From the NCBI GenBank assembly GCA_902621305.1, contig CACNLM010000002.1, forward strand, positions 681 to 64,680: DNA of 64,000 nt, read 5' to 3'. Position numbers and translations under genes: made by a program. Each line of letters opens with the position of its first letter. Position 1 is the stretch's first letter. This document shows positions 10,923 through 20,853 of the stretch, piece after piece. The notes beneath the pieces were generated by a model. It saw nothing but the letters and a program-made list of their open reading frames with translations. It did not search any database and had not been told where the DNA came from. This DNA comes from an uncultured Alphaproteobacteria bacterium. GTDB lineage: Bacteria > Pseudomonadota > Alphaproteobacteria > HIMB59 > GCA-002718135.

Positions 10923-11282
10923 TTGAATTTTAATAACATAGAAGTTACAGAAGATTATGGAAAACAATCCTCTAAAGCAGATATTTATGAGCCAAAATTT
11001 GCAATAAATAATAATACAAAAAAAATATATGTAACTGCAAAAGAAGGTAATTTTTTGAATAAGGATGAAATTCTTTTAAATGAAAATGTACGATTTGAAT
11101 CAAATGATTTCAGTATTGAAACTGAGAACGTAATATTTGATAGAAATAAACAAACTGCAAAAAGTAAAACCAGATCTTTATTTAAATCAAAAAATACAAC
11201 AATTTCTTCAAATGGCTTTAATATATATGATAACGGAAATAAAATTACTTTTTATGGTAATTCAATAATTATTTTAAAATGA
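10923..11282 (+). CDS. lptC: LPS export protein LptC (periplasmic part; true start probably near 10831, see findings)
   Basis: Lies between kdsD and lptA/lptB; beta-rich sequence; in-frame upstream hydrophobic stretch FFSLILILLFIGVIL that lacks a canonical start. Confidence 0.7.
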   Translation: MNFNNIEVTEDYGKQSSKADIYEPKFAINNNTKKIYVTAKEGNFLNKDEILLNENVRFESNDFSIETENVIFDRNKQTAKSKTRSLFKSKNTTISSNGFNIYDNGNKITFYGNSIIILK

Positions 11283-12040
11283 AATTTTTAATAAAATTAA
11301 TAATTTTATTTTTATTTACGACAAACTTAATTTCAAGAGAAATAGGTGAGACTGAAATTACTACAGAAGATGGAATTGAAGTCTATCAAGATCAAAAATA
11401 TTATTTATTAAAAAAAAATGTAAAAATTGATTCTGATAATTTTAATTTAAATGCAGATAATGTAAAAATAATTTTTGATAAAAATTTATATGACATAATA
11501 GAATTAGATGCGTCCGGTAATGTAGTATTTGATTCATCAGTTTATAATGTTAGAGGAAGTGGTGAATTCTTAAACTTTAAAATTAAGTTTGAGGAATTGA
11601 CAATAACTGGTTTTAAATCTGAACTATTTACTGATGATTTTGAAATGTATTCTGATGGATCAATTAAAATAGGAAATATAAATGGAAATTTCATTATAAA
11701 AGGTGCAAATTCATCATTGGTAAATGAAAGTATATTTATAAAAGCAGAATTTATAGATGGTTTTTTTGATACAATTGATGGGCAAAAACAAATATCATCA
11801 CTTATTGTAGAAGATAAACATATATCTTATGTTAAAAATACTAGCTCTGAAATGTATGCGAAAAAAATTAATTTCGATAACTCATCTTCGCTGATAGAAC
11901 TTAAAGAAAATGTTACGATTATTAGGGGTGGAGAAAAAATAACAGGAGATTATGGGACACTTGATACTAAAAATAATTCATATAAAATAAAATCAGATGC
12001 AAAGACTAAGGTAAAGGCAATAATTCAAAATAATGAGTAA
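11279..12040 (+). CDS. lptA: LptA/OstA-family LPS transport periplasmic protein
   Basis: Signal-peptide-like N-terminus, repeated beta-jellyroll-like segments (ASGNVVF, LKENVTIIRGGEKITGD), overlaps lptB. Confidence 0.75.
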   Translation: MKFLIKLIILFLFTTNLISREIGETEITTEDGIEVYQDQKYYLLKKNVKIDSDNFNLNADNVKIIFDKNLYDIIELDASGNVVFDSSVYNVRGSGEFLNFKIKFEELTITGFKSELFTDDFEMYSDGSIKIGNINGNFIIKGANSSLVNESIFIKAEFIDGFFDTIDGQKQISSLIVEDKHISYVKNTSSEMYAKKINFDNSSSLIELKENVTIIRGGEKITGDYGTLDTKNNSYKIKSDAKTKVKAIIQNNE

Positions 12041-12776
12041 ATTTAAAATTTTAGATGATGGACTGTTTATAAATAAAATTTCAAAAACTTATGGAAATAA
12101 AAAAGTAGTTAGAGATGTATCTATTTCTATAAAAAGAAATGAGATAGTTGGTTTATTAGGTCCAAATGGTGCTGGAAAAACCACATCATTCTATATTATT
12201 GTTGGGCTTGTAAAGCCTGATACAGGATCTATTGTCCTAGATAAGCTTGATGTATCAAACTTACCAATATATCTTAGAGGAAAGCTTGGAATTAGCTATC
12301 TACCACAAGAAGCGTCAATTTTTAGAGGAATGAATGTTGAAGATAATTTGCTATCAATTATCGAAATTAAAGAAAAAGATAAAAATAAACAGGATATAAT
12401 TTTACAAAATCTTTTGAACGAATTTGATATAAATCATGTTAGAAAATCAAAATCTGTAGTTTTATCAGGTGGAGAAAGAAGAAGGTTAGAAATCGCCAGA
12501 ACACTTGCAACAAATCCAAAATATTTGTTACTCGATGAGCCATTAACAGGTATTGATCCAGTTTCAATTGAAGAAATAAAAATTATTATTAAAAAATTGA
12601 AAGAAAAAAATATTGGCATTTTAATTACTGATCATAATGTAAGAGAAACTTTGAAAATAGTAGATAAAGTTTATATTGTAAATGAAGGAGCTATATATTA
12701 CGAGGGTGATCCTTTGTCGGCTGTAAATGATGAAAAAATAAAAAAATTCTATTTGGGATCAAATTTCCAACTTTAA
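12033..12776 (+). CDS. lptB: LPS export ABC transporter ATP-binding protein
   Basis: GPNGAGKTT, YLPQEASIFR, LSGGERRRLEIAR, ILITDHNVRETL, FYLG. Confidence 0.96.
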   Translation: MSKFKILDDGLFINKISKTYGNKKVVRDVSISIKRNEIVGLLGPNGAGKTTSFYIIVGLVKPDTGSIVLDKLDVSNLPIYLRGKLGISYLPQEASIFRGMNVEDNLLSIIEIKEKDKNKQDIILQNLLNEFDINHVRKSKSVVLSGGERRRLEIARTLATNPKYLLLDEPLTGIDPVSIEEIKIIIKKLKEKNIGILITDHNVRETLKIVDKVYIVNEGAIYYEGDPLSAVNDEKIKKFYLGSNFQL

Positions 12777-12777
12777 A

Positions 12778-14076
12778 ATGATAAGTAACCCTATAAATCA
12801 AGGGATTAATGGAAGTCCTAATATACCTGGTGATAAATCAATATCTCACAGATCTATAATAATTCCATCAATATCAAATGGAATTTGTGAAATAGATAAT
12901 ATTCTCAAATCCGAAGATGTGAACCATACTCTAGATGCATTTAAAAATATGGGAGTGAAAATTGTTGAAGATAAAAGTAAAATAATTATTTTTGGAAATG
13001 GTTTAAATTCATTAAAAAAACCAATAAATAATATCTATTTAGGTAATTCTGGGACAAGTGCAAGATTGTTAACGGGTCTTTTGTCATCACAAAATTTTCA
13101 GACAGTTTTAACAGGCGATGAGTCTCTACAAAAGAGACCAATGGGAAGAATAGCTAATCCATTAATTGAAATGAATGCAAAAGTTGAAACAAATGATGGT
13201 ACTTTACCAATTAAAATCAATCCTAGTAGATTAAACCCGGGTAATATAGATTTAAAAATTCCATCAGCACAAATCAAATCTGGATTATTATTGGCAGGTT
13301 TAAATATTGATGGTGAAACTAAAATAGTAGAAAACAAAATAACAAGAGATCATACAGAAATAATGTTAGAAGCATTTGGTGCAGAAATTGAAGTTAACAA
13401 CTTAAGTAATAAAAAGTTAATAAAGATTACTGGTAAAAAAGAATTAGTTTCTAAAAATATACTTGTACCCAATGATCTTTCAAGTAGCGCTTTTTTTATA
13501 ATTTGTGCACTAATAAATAATAATTCTCATATTATATTAAAAAATATAAATAATAACCCAACAAGAAATGGATTAATTTTGGCACTAAAAAAAATGGGCG
13601 CTAAAATTTCTATATTGAATGAAAGGTTAAATAACAAAGAGATTATTTGTGACATTGAGGTATTTAGTTCAGAATTAAGAGGCTGTGAATTAGGTTCAGA
13701 TATTGCTGATTTGATGATAGATGAATATCCAATACTCGCAATTGCAGCTTCATTTGCTAATTCGCCTAGTGTTTTTCGAGGACTTAAGGAATTGAAAATT
13801 AAAGAAAGTGATAGATTAAACTTAATATTAGTAAACTTACAAAATTGTGGGATTAGTTGCAAGGTGGTTGGTGATGATCTTTTTATTTATCCATCATCTA
13901 ATTATGAAATAAAAAATAATGTTATTAGAACTGATTATGATCATAGAATTGCAATGGCATTTTGTATTATGGGAACCAAATTAGGACCATTAGAAATAAA
14001 AGACTCAGAATCTATTGATACTAGCTTTCCGACATTTAAAAAAGAGTTAAATAGTTTAGGTGGAAATATTTCTTGA
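12778..14076 (+). CDS. aroA: 3-phosphoshikimate 1-carboxyvinyltransferase (EPSP synthase)
   Basis: PGDKSISHR, GNSGT, SAQIKS, RDHTE, KESDR, DHRIAM. Confidence 0.97.
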   Translation: MISNPINQGINGSPNIPGDKSISHRSIIIPSISNGICEIDNILKSEDVNHTLDAFKNMGVKIVEDKSKIIIFGNGLNSLKKPINNIYLGNSGTSARLLTGLLSSQNFQTVLTGDESLQKRPMGRIANPLIEMNAKVETNDGTLPIKINPSRLNPGNIDLKIPSAQIKSGLLLAGLNIDGETKIVENKITRDHTEIMLEAFGAEIEVNNLSNKKLIKITGKKELVSKNILVPNDLSSSAFFIICALINNNSHIILKNINNNPTRNGLILALKKMGAKISILNERLNNKEIICDIEVFSSELRGCELGSDIADLMIDEYPILAIAASFANSPSVFRGLKELKIKESDRLNLILVNLQNCGISCKVVGDDLFIYPSSNYEIKNNVIRTDYDHRIAMAFCIMGTKLGPLEIKDSESIDTSFPTFKKELNSLGGNIS

Positions 14077-14708
14077 AAAACTTTATAGTTACTATTGATG
14101 GTCCAGCAGCTTCAGGTAAAGAAAAAATATCGAGGTATATTAGTAAAAAATGGAAACTAAAACATTTAGACTCAGGAACTTTATATAGAAGAATCGCTCT
14201 AATTTTCTTAAATGAAAATATAGACATAAATGACATTAAGCAAATTAAAAAAAAAATATCTAAAATAAAAAAAATTTCTTATCGAAAAAGTAAAAAAATA
14301 AGAACTCAAGAAATTAGTAAGCTTGCTTCTAAAATAGCGGTGCACAATTGCGTTAGAAATTTTGTTAATCAATTACAATATGATTTTGTAGAAAAAAATA
14401 AAAAAAACACTGGATTTGTTATTGATGGTAGAGATATAGGATCAGTTGTTTTCAAAAATGCTAATTTAAAACTATATATTGATGTAAATGCAGATATTAG
14501 GGCAAAAAGAAGATATAAACAGTTGATTGATAGTTCTGAAAAGTCTATATACCGAAAAATTTTGAAGGATATAAAGTTGAGAGATAAAAAAGATAAAATG
14601 AGAAAAAATTCTCCATTAGTGATTCCAGCTAATTCCTATATAATTGATAATAATGATTCATTTATAAAGACTATTAAACAGATAAATAAGATATTTAATA
14701 ATATATAA
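14073..14708 (+). CDS. cmk: Cytidylate kinase
   Basis: IDGPAASGK, LDSGTLYR, DGRDIGSVVF, RAKRR; aroA-cmk-rpsA synteny; TTG start. Confidence 0.93.
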   Translation: MKNFIVTIDGPAASGKEKISRYISKKWKLKHLDSGTLYRRIALIFLNENIDINDIKQIKKKISKIKKISYRKSKKIRTQEISKLASKIAVHNCVRNFVNQLQYDFVEKNKKNTGFVIDGRDIGSVVFKNANLKLYIDVNADIRAKRRYKQLIDSSEKSIYRKILKDIKLRDKKDKMRKNSPLVIPANSYIIDNNDSFIKTIKQINKIFNNI

Positions 14709-14709
14709 T

Positions 14710-16410
14710 ATGAATCAACAAACAAATAACAAAATATCAAACACAGAATACGATACATTGATATCACAATCATTAAAAAATTCTTCTGCTAAAGAAAAAA
14801 CTATTACATCAGGAAAAGTAATATCTATCGAGAATGATATTGTTACAATTGACGTAGGATTAAAAAGTGAAGGTAGAATTCCTCTAAGTGAATTTTCAAG
14901 ACCAGGTCAAATATCTGAAATCCAAGTAGGTGATGAAACAGAAGTATTCATTGAAAACGTTGACAGTAAAAATGGTGAAACACTGCTATCTAGAGAAAAA
15001 GCAGTTAAACAAAAAGCTTGGCACAACCTACAATTAAGTTTTAATGAAAATAAAATTGTTACTGGAACCCCATTTAATAGAGTCAAGGGTGGAATGAGTG
15101 TTGACCTAGATGGTGTTGTGGCATTCTTGCCAGGCAGTCAAATAGAAACTAGACAAATTATTAAAGACACTAAAGAGCTTTTAAATAAACCTTTAGAATT
15201 GATGATACTAAAAATGGATAAATTTAGAGGCAACATTGTTGTTTCAAGAAAAGCAATAACAGAAAATGAACTTAAAGAACAAAGATCAGAACTTTTAAAA
15301 AATATAAAGGAAGGATCTGTTATAGAAGGTAAAGTAAAAAATATTACAGATTATGGCGCATTTATAGATTTGGGAGGTATAGATGGCTTAGTTCATGTTA
15401 CTGACATTTCTTGGACAAAAATTAATAACCCATCTGAAGTATTAGAATTAAATTCTTCAATAAAGGTAAAAGTTTTAAAATTTGATGAAGAGTTGGCTAG
15501 GTTAAGCTTAGGAATTAAACAATTAAAAGAAAATCCTTGGGATAGAGTTAAAGAAGTTATTAAAATTAACGAAAAGACTTTGGCGAAAGTAATTTCAATG
15601 AACGATAATAATGTTCATTTAGTTATCAATGATAATTATGATGGTGTAATTGCATCTAACGAATTAAGTTGGCTAAAAAAACCACCACACCCTTCAAAAA
15701 TTGTTAATATTAATGATAAAATTGAAATACTTATTTTAGAAATAGATGAGGATAAAAAAAGAATTAATTGTAGCCTTAAACAATTAAAAGAAAACCCATG
15801 GAAAAGACTTACAGAAAAATTTAATATTAATGATACCTTTGAAACAGAAATTGTAAACATAGTCGATTTTGGAATATTTGTTAAAGTACTTGATGAGATA
15901 GATGGTATGGTACACATATCAGATTTAAGTTGGGATGAGAAAGAATGTGAAAATATTATTAAAAGTCTTAAAAAAGGTGAAAAAATTGAAGTAAAAATAT
16001 TAGATATTAATGCTGATAAAGAAAGAATAAGCTTAGGTATTAAACACTTAAAAAATGATCCAGTACAAGAATATATTGGAATTAATCCATTAAAATCAAA
16101 AGTTACCGGAAAAATAATTGAGATTGATGAAAAAGGTCTCAAAGTTGAACTGGATAAAGAAAAACAAATATTTGGTTTTATCAAGAAATCCAATCTATCA
16201 ATTGATAAGAATGAAAATAAAACTGAACGTTTTGCATTAGAAGAAAATATTGACTCAGTTATTACCTCTGTCGATAATAAGACGCGAACTTTGAATTTAT
16301 CTATAAAAGAACTTGAAATTCAAGATGAAAAAGAAGCTCTATCTAAATATGGCTCTAGCGCGTCAGGGGCATCATTAGGAGATATATTAGGTTCTGTTTT
16401 AAAAAAATAG
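14710..16410 (+). CDS. rpsA: 30S ribosomal protein S1
   Basis: DVGLKSEG, AFLPGSQ, YGAFIDLGGIDGLVHVTDISW; six S1 repeats. Confidence 0.97.
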   Translation: MNQQTNNKISNTEYDTLISQSLKNSSAKEKTITSGKVISIENDIVTIDVGLKSEGRIPLSEFSRPGQISEIQVGDETEVFIENVDSKNGETLLSREKAVKQKAWHNLQLSFNENKIVTGTPFNRVKGGMSVDLDGVVAFLPGSQIETRQIIKDTKELLNKPLELMILKMDKFRGNIVVSRKAITENELKEQRSELLKNIKEGSVIEGKVKNITDYGAFIDLGGIDGLVHVTDISWTKINNPSEVLELNSSIKVKVLKFDEELARLSLGIKQLKENPWDRVKEVIKINEKTLAKVISMNDNNVHLVINDNYDGVIASNELSWLKKPPHPSKIVNINDKIEILILEIDEDKKRINCSLKQLKENPWKRLTEKFNINDTFETEIVNIVDFGIFVKVLDEIDGMVHISDLSWDEKECENIIKSLKKGEKIEVKILDINADKERISLGIKHLKNDPVQEYIGINPLKSKVTGKIIEIDEKGLKVELDKEKQIFGFIKKSNLSIDKNENKTERFALEENIDSVITSVDNKTRTLNLSIKELEIQDEKEALSKYGSSASGASLGDILGSVLKK

Positions 16411-16415
16411 AATTA

Positions 16416-16712
16416 ATGCTTAGATCTGAAATCCTACAAAAATTACATAAAAAACATAAAAATCTAAGCGAAGAGGATATAGAACTACTTTTTAATATTT
16501 TTATAAAGAAAATATCATCTTCATTAAAAAAAGGAAAAAATATTGAGATTAGGGGATTTGGTACTTTTAGTAGAAAAATAAATAAAGAAAAAGTTGTAAG
16601 AAATCCAAAAACTAATGAAAGATTATTGAAAAAGCAGAGCTATAAGTTACATTTCAAAATTGGAAAAATCTTACACAATAAAATAAATACTTCTGAAAAA
16701 AATGTCGTCTAA
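16416..16712 (+). CDS. ihfB: Integration host factor beta / HU-family DNA-binding protein
   Basis: IEIRGFGTF, RNPKT, FKIGK; follows rpsA. Confidence 0.85.
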   Translation: MLRSEILQKLHKKHKNLSEEDIELLFNIFIKKISSSLKKGKNIEIRGFGTFSRKINKEKVVRNPKTNERLLKKQSYKLHFKIGKILHNKINTSEKNVV

Positions 16713-17385
16713 AAAAATTATTGTTGCATTAGATGGAAATAATTTAAATAAAATTTTAAAGTTGACCAAGAAACTTAAGGATGAAGCTTTTGCTTTTAAA
16801 ATCGGTTATGAGTTTTTTTTTAATTTTGGTCTATTAGGCTACAAGAAAATTTATTCTGTAAGTCCTAAAATATTTTTAGACTTAAAACTACATGATATAC
16901 CTAATACAGTTAAAAATGGTCATATTGCTATAAACAAATTAAAACCAATATTTTCAACTATTCATATTTCGGGTGGAGATGAAATGATGAAATCTGTAAA
17001 TATAAGTAAGGCATTTACCAAGGTTTTAGGTGTATCAATATTGACCAGTCTAGATGTTGAACAAACAAAGAAATATTACAATAAAAAAAATATATCTTTA
17101 TTAGTAAAAAAATTTGCAAATTATGCAAAAAAAAATGGGTTGGATGGCATTGTATGTAGTCCGCGTGAAATAAAATTTATTAGAGAGGAAGTTGGAAAAG
17201 ATTTCATAATCGTAACACCTGGTATTAGAATTGATGATAAAATAAAAAGTGATGATCAAAAAAGAATAGAGACTCCAAAAAAAGCAATTGATTTAGGAGC
17301 AAATTTTCTAGTGATAGGAAGACCAATAACTGAGTCAAATGATCCATTAAAAGTTTTAAAAAAAATTAATAAAGCGTTATCTTAA
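16702..17385 (+). CDS. pyrF: Orotidine-5'-phosphate decarboxylase
   Basis: IIVALD, FLDLKLHDIPNTV, VTPGIR, DDQKR, VIGRPI. Confidence 0.96.
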   Translation: MSSKKIIVALDGNNLNKILKLTKKLKDEAFAFKIGYEFFFNFGLLGYKKIYSVSPKIFLDLKLHDIPNTVKNGHIAINKLKPIFSTIHISGGDEMMKSVNISKAFTKVLGVSILTSLDVEQTKKYYNKKNISLLVKKFANYAKKNGLDGIVCSPREIKFIREEVGKDFIIVTPGIRIDDKIKSDDQKRIETPKKAIDLGANFLVIGRPITESNDPLKVLKKINKALS

Positions 17386-18015
17386 ATGATTATTAAAATT
17401 TGTGGAATACAAAATAAAGATACACTTTTTTGCTGCGAAAAAAACAAAGTAAATTTTTTTGGTATGATTTTTTATAAACAAAGCCCAAGAAATATATCAT
17501 TTGAAAATGCAACTATATTACAAAAAATATCTGAAGACTTAAACATTAATGGTGTAGGTGTTTTTGTTAATAAGGATATTGATGAATTGAAAGAAATTAT
17601 AAATAATTTAAAATTAAAATTTATACAATTACATGGCACAGAAGATGAACATTACATTAAAACTATAAAAAAAATGGATGTAAAAATAATCAAATCGGTT
17701 TCAATAAGTAATAAAGATGACCTAAAAAAAATAGATAAATACAAAAGTGTTGATTATTTTTTGTTTGATTACAAACCTTTAAAAGGTGATTTACCTGGGG
17801 GAAATTCTAAGAGTTTTGATTGGAATATATTAAAGAATCTAGAAACCAAAAAACAATGGTTTTTGTCTGGAGGTATTAATACAAATAATATCAAGCAAAT
17901 AATTGATGATATAAATCCATTTGGAGTAGATTTATCATCTGGTGTTGAAAAAGAGCTTGGCATTAAAGATAATCACATTATAAATAATTTTATTGGAAAA
18001 TTAAAAAATGCTTAA
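17386..18015 (+). CDS. trpF: Phosphoribosylanthranilate isomerase
   Basis: [40 protein letters not shown]. Confidence 0.95.
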   Translation: MIIKICGIQNKDTLFCCEKNKVNFFGMIFYKQSPRNISFENATILQKISEDLNINGVGVFVNKDIDELKEIINNLKLKFIQLHGTEDEHYIKTIKKMDVKIIKSVSISNKDDLKKIDKYKSVDYFLFDYKPLKGDLPGGNSKSFDWNILKNLETKKQWFLSGGINTNNIKQIIDDINPFGVDLSSGVEKELGIKDNHIINNFIGKLKNA

Positions 18016-19216
18016 GAATACATATAAAAGTTATCCAAATGAAAAAGGATATTTTGGTCAATTTGGTGGAAGATATGTTTCAGAAACTTTAATGCCTTTA
18101 ATCCTTGAAGTAGAAAAGGAATATGAAAAAATAAAAAATGATAAAAATTTTATTAGTGAATTTAATCATTATTTAAAAACATATGTTGGCAGACCAAGTC
18201 CTCTTTTCTTTGCAGAAAGAATTAGTAATGAACTTGGTGGTCCAAAAATTTATTTCAAAAGAGATGAATTAAACCACACAGGTGCTCATAAAATTAATAA
18301 TTGCATGGGTCAAATCTTACTAGCAAAAAAAATGGGTAAGACAAGGATTATAGCAGAAACAGGAGCAGGGCAACATGGTGTTGCTACAGCAACAGTGTGT
18401 GCTTTATTTGGGTTACCTTGTGTAGTTTATATGGGAGAAAAAGATATTGAAAGACAATCTCCAAATGTTTTTAGAATGAAATTACTTGGTGCAGAAATAC
18501 GGTCAGTTTCAACTGGATCAAAATCACTTAAAGACGCTATGAATGAAGCATTAAGAGATTGGGTTACAAATGTTAATGATACTTTTTATATTATTGGTAC
18601 AGCTGCAGGACCTCATCCATATCCCGCAATGGTTAGAGATTTTCAGTCAGTAATTGGTAAGGAAGTTCGTAAACAACTTGAAGAACTGGAGGGAAGGCCT
18701 CCGGATTTATTAATGGCATGCATTGGTGGTGGTTCAAATGCTTTAGGGCTGTTTCATGAATTTTTAGATGATTCAAATGTTGAAATGATCGCTGTTGAAG
18801 CAGCAGGGCATGGTATAAAAACTGATAAGCATGCAGCTAGTTTAACTGGTGGAAAACCAGGTGTATTACATGGTAATAAAACCTATTTGTTACAATCAAA
18901 CACGGGACAGATTCAAGAAGCACATTCTATCTCTGCAGGATTAGATTATCCAGGAATTGGTCCTGAACATTCATTTTTATTTGAAGAAAAAAGGGTAACA
19001 TACATGTCAGCAACAGATAAAGAAGCTCTAGAAGCTTTTCAATATTGTTGCAAATTAGAAGGTATAATTCCAGCTTTGGAGCCTGCTCATGCTTTAGCTG
19101 TATTAAAGAAAATAGCAAAAAACTATAGTAAAGATAAAATTATTGTTATGAATATGTGTGGCCGAGGGGATAAAGATATTTTTACAATAGCTGATGAATT
19201 AAATATAAAAATTTAA
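18008..19216 (+). CDS. trpB: Tryptophan synthase beta chain
   Basis: [40 protein letters not shown]. Confidence 0.98.
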   Translation: MLKNTYKSYPNEKGYFGQFGGRYVSETLMPLILEVEKEYEKIKNDKNFISEFNHYLKTYVGRPSPLFFAERISNELGGPKIYFKRDELNHTGAHKINNCMGQILLAKKMGKTRIIAETGAGQHGVATATVCALFGLPCVVYMGEKDIERQSPNVFRMKLLGAEIRSVSTGSKSLKDAMNEALRDWVTNVNDTFYIIGTAAGPHPYPAMVRDFQSVIGKEVRKQLEELEGRPPDLLMACIGGGSNALGLFHEFLDDSNVEMIAVEAAGHGIKTDKHAASLTGGKPGVLHGNKTYLLQSNTGQIQEAHSISAGLDYPGIGPEHSFLFEEKRVTYMSATDKEALEAFQYCCKLEGIIPALEPAHALAVLKKIAKNYSKDKIIVMNMCGRGDKDIFTIADELNIKI

Positions 19217-20011
19217 ATGACTAATTTAATTAGTCAGGCATTTAAAAATAATGAAAAAAAACTAGTAACATTTGTTACTGGAGGTGACCCTGATGTTGAA
19301 ACAAGTTTAAAAATTATTAAGACAATTATTGATAATGGGGCTGATATTATAGAAATTGGAATGCCCTTTTCTGATCCAATGGCTGATGGTCCAACAATTC
19401 AATTATCAAGCAATAGAGCTATAAGTAATGGAATTGATTTAGAGAATATTTTCTTTTTAGCCTCCGAAGCAAAGAAAACAAAAAATGATCTCCCTATTAT
19501 TTTAATGGGTTACTATAATTTGATTCTATATTTTGGAATTAAGAAGTTTGTGAAAAAATGCAAAGAAAATGGAGTTGATGGTTTAATTATTGTAGATCTA
19601 CAACCAGAAGAAGATGTAGATTTGATAAATGAGCTAAAAAAAAATGAGATTGATTTAATTAGATTAATTACTCCTACAACTAACGAAGAAAGGCTTAAGT
19701 TAATATTAAATAATGCTAGTGGTTTTTTATATTATGTGAGTGTTATGGGAATTACTGGACAAAAATCTGCTGATCTTAATGATCTTGAAAAATCAGTGAC
19801 TTTTATCAAAAAACACACAAATTTACCAGTTGTACCTGGATTTGGAATTAAAAACGCAACTGATGTAAAAAATATATGCAAAATAGCTGATGGTGCAGTT
19901 GTTGGCTCAAGTATAATTAAAATTATAGAACAAAACTTAAATAATAAAGATAAAATGTTGTCAGAAATTAATAAATTTTCAAAAGATTTGAAAAATGGAA
20001 CAAGAGTATGA
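19217..20011 (+). CDS. trpA: Tryptophan synthase alpha chain
   Basis: GDP, EIGMPFSDPMADGPTIQ, GFLYYVSVMGITG, GFGI. Confidence 0.97.
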   Translation: MTNLISQAFKNNEKKLVTFVTGGDPDVETSLKIIKTIIDNGADIIEIGMPFSDPMADGPTIQLSSNRAISNGIDLENIFFLASEAKKTKNDLPIILMGYYNLILYFGIKKFVKKCKENGVDGLIIVDLQPEEDVDLINELKKNEIDLIRLITPTTNEERLKLILNNASGFLYYVSVMGITGQKSADLNDLEKSVTFIKKHTNLPVVPGFGIKNATDVKNICKIADGAVVGSSIIKIIEQNLNNKDKMLSEINKFSKDLKNGTRV

Positions 20012-20850
20012 ATTGGTTAACTAATTTCGTAAAACCTAAACTATCCTCTCTTGTAAAAAGGAGAAGTGTTCCAGAAAAATTATGGAATAATTGTGTATCA
20101 TGTGGAAATATGATTCATCATAAGGATTTAAAAGAAAATTTATACGTTTGCGTTAATTGTAATTATCATTTTAGAATGTCTGCGGAAGATAGGATAAAAT
20201 TATTTTTTGAAGAGGGAAATTATAGTGAAATTAGCCCTGACAAAATATCTGATGATCCACTAAAATTCACAGATAAAAAAAAATATAAAGATAGACTGAA
20301 AGAATATAGAAAAAGAACAAATAGAGATGATGCTTTCATACTTATTAAAGGGAAGATTAGAGATAAAGAAATTATTTCTGGACTAATGAATTTCGAATTC
20401 ATGGGTGGATCTATGGGTAGAGCAGTTGGTGGAGAAATAGTTAAAGGTGCTAAATTGGCTATAGAAAATAAATTACCTTATGTGATTGTTACCTCATCTG
20501 GTGGAGCAAGAATGCAGGAAGGTATTGTAAGCTTGATGCAAATGCCTAGAACAATTGCTGCTGTTGACTTGTTAAATGAAAATAGTATACCTTACATTGT
20601 AGTTCTAACCGAACCTACTACTGGTGGAGTGACCGCTTCTTTTGCAATGTTAGGTGATATAACAATAGCAGAACAAGGTGCTACGATAGGTTTTGCAGGT
20701 AAAAGAGTTATACAAGACACCATCAGAGAAGAATTACCTGTAGATTTTCAAAAAGCTGAATATCTAAAAGAACATGGAATGGTAGATATTGTCTCTCATA
20801 GAAAAGACCTTAAAGAAACTTTGTATAAAGTATTAGATCATATAAGTTAA
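20008..20850 (+). CDS. accD: Acetyl-CoA carboxylase carboxyltransferase beta subunit
   Basis: C4 zinc finger (CVSC...CVNC), FMGGSMG, SGGARMQEG, PTTGGVTASFAMLGD, GFAGKRVI. Confidence 0.97.
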   Translation: MNWLTNFVKPKLSSLVKRRSVPEKLWNNCVSCGNMIHHKDLKENLYVCVNCNYHFRMSAEDRIKLFFEEGNYSEISPDKISDDPLKFTDKKKYKDRLKEYRKRTNRDDAFILIKGKIRDKEIISGLMNFEFMGGSMGRAVGGEIVKGAKLAIENKLPYVIVTSSGGARMQEGIVSLMQMPRTIAAVDLLNENSIPYIVVLTEPTTGGVTASFAMLGDITIAEQGATIGFAGKRVIQDTIREELPVDFQKAEYLKEHGMVDIVSHRKDLKETLYKVLDHIS

Positions 20851-20853
20851 TCA

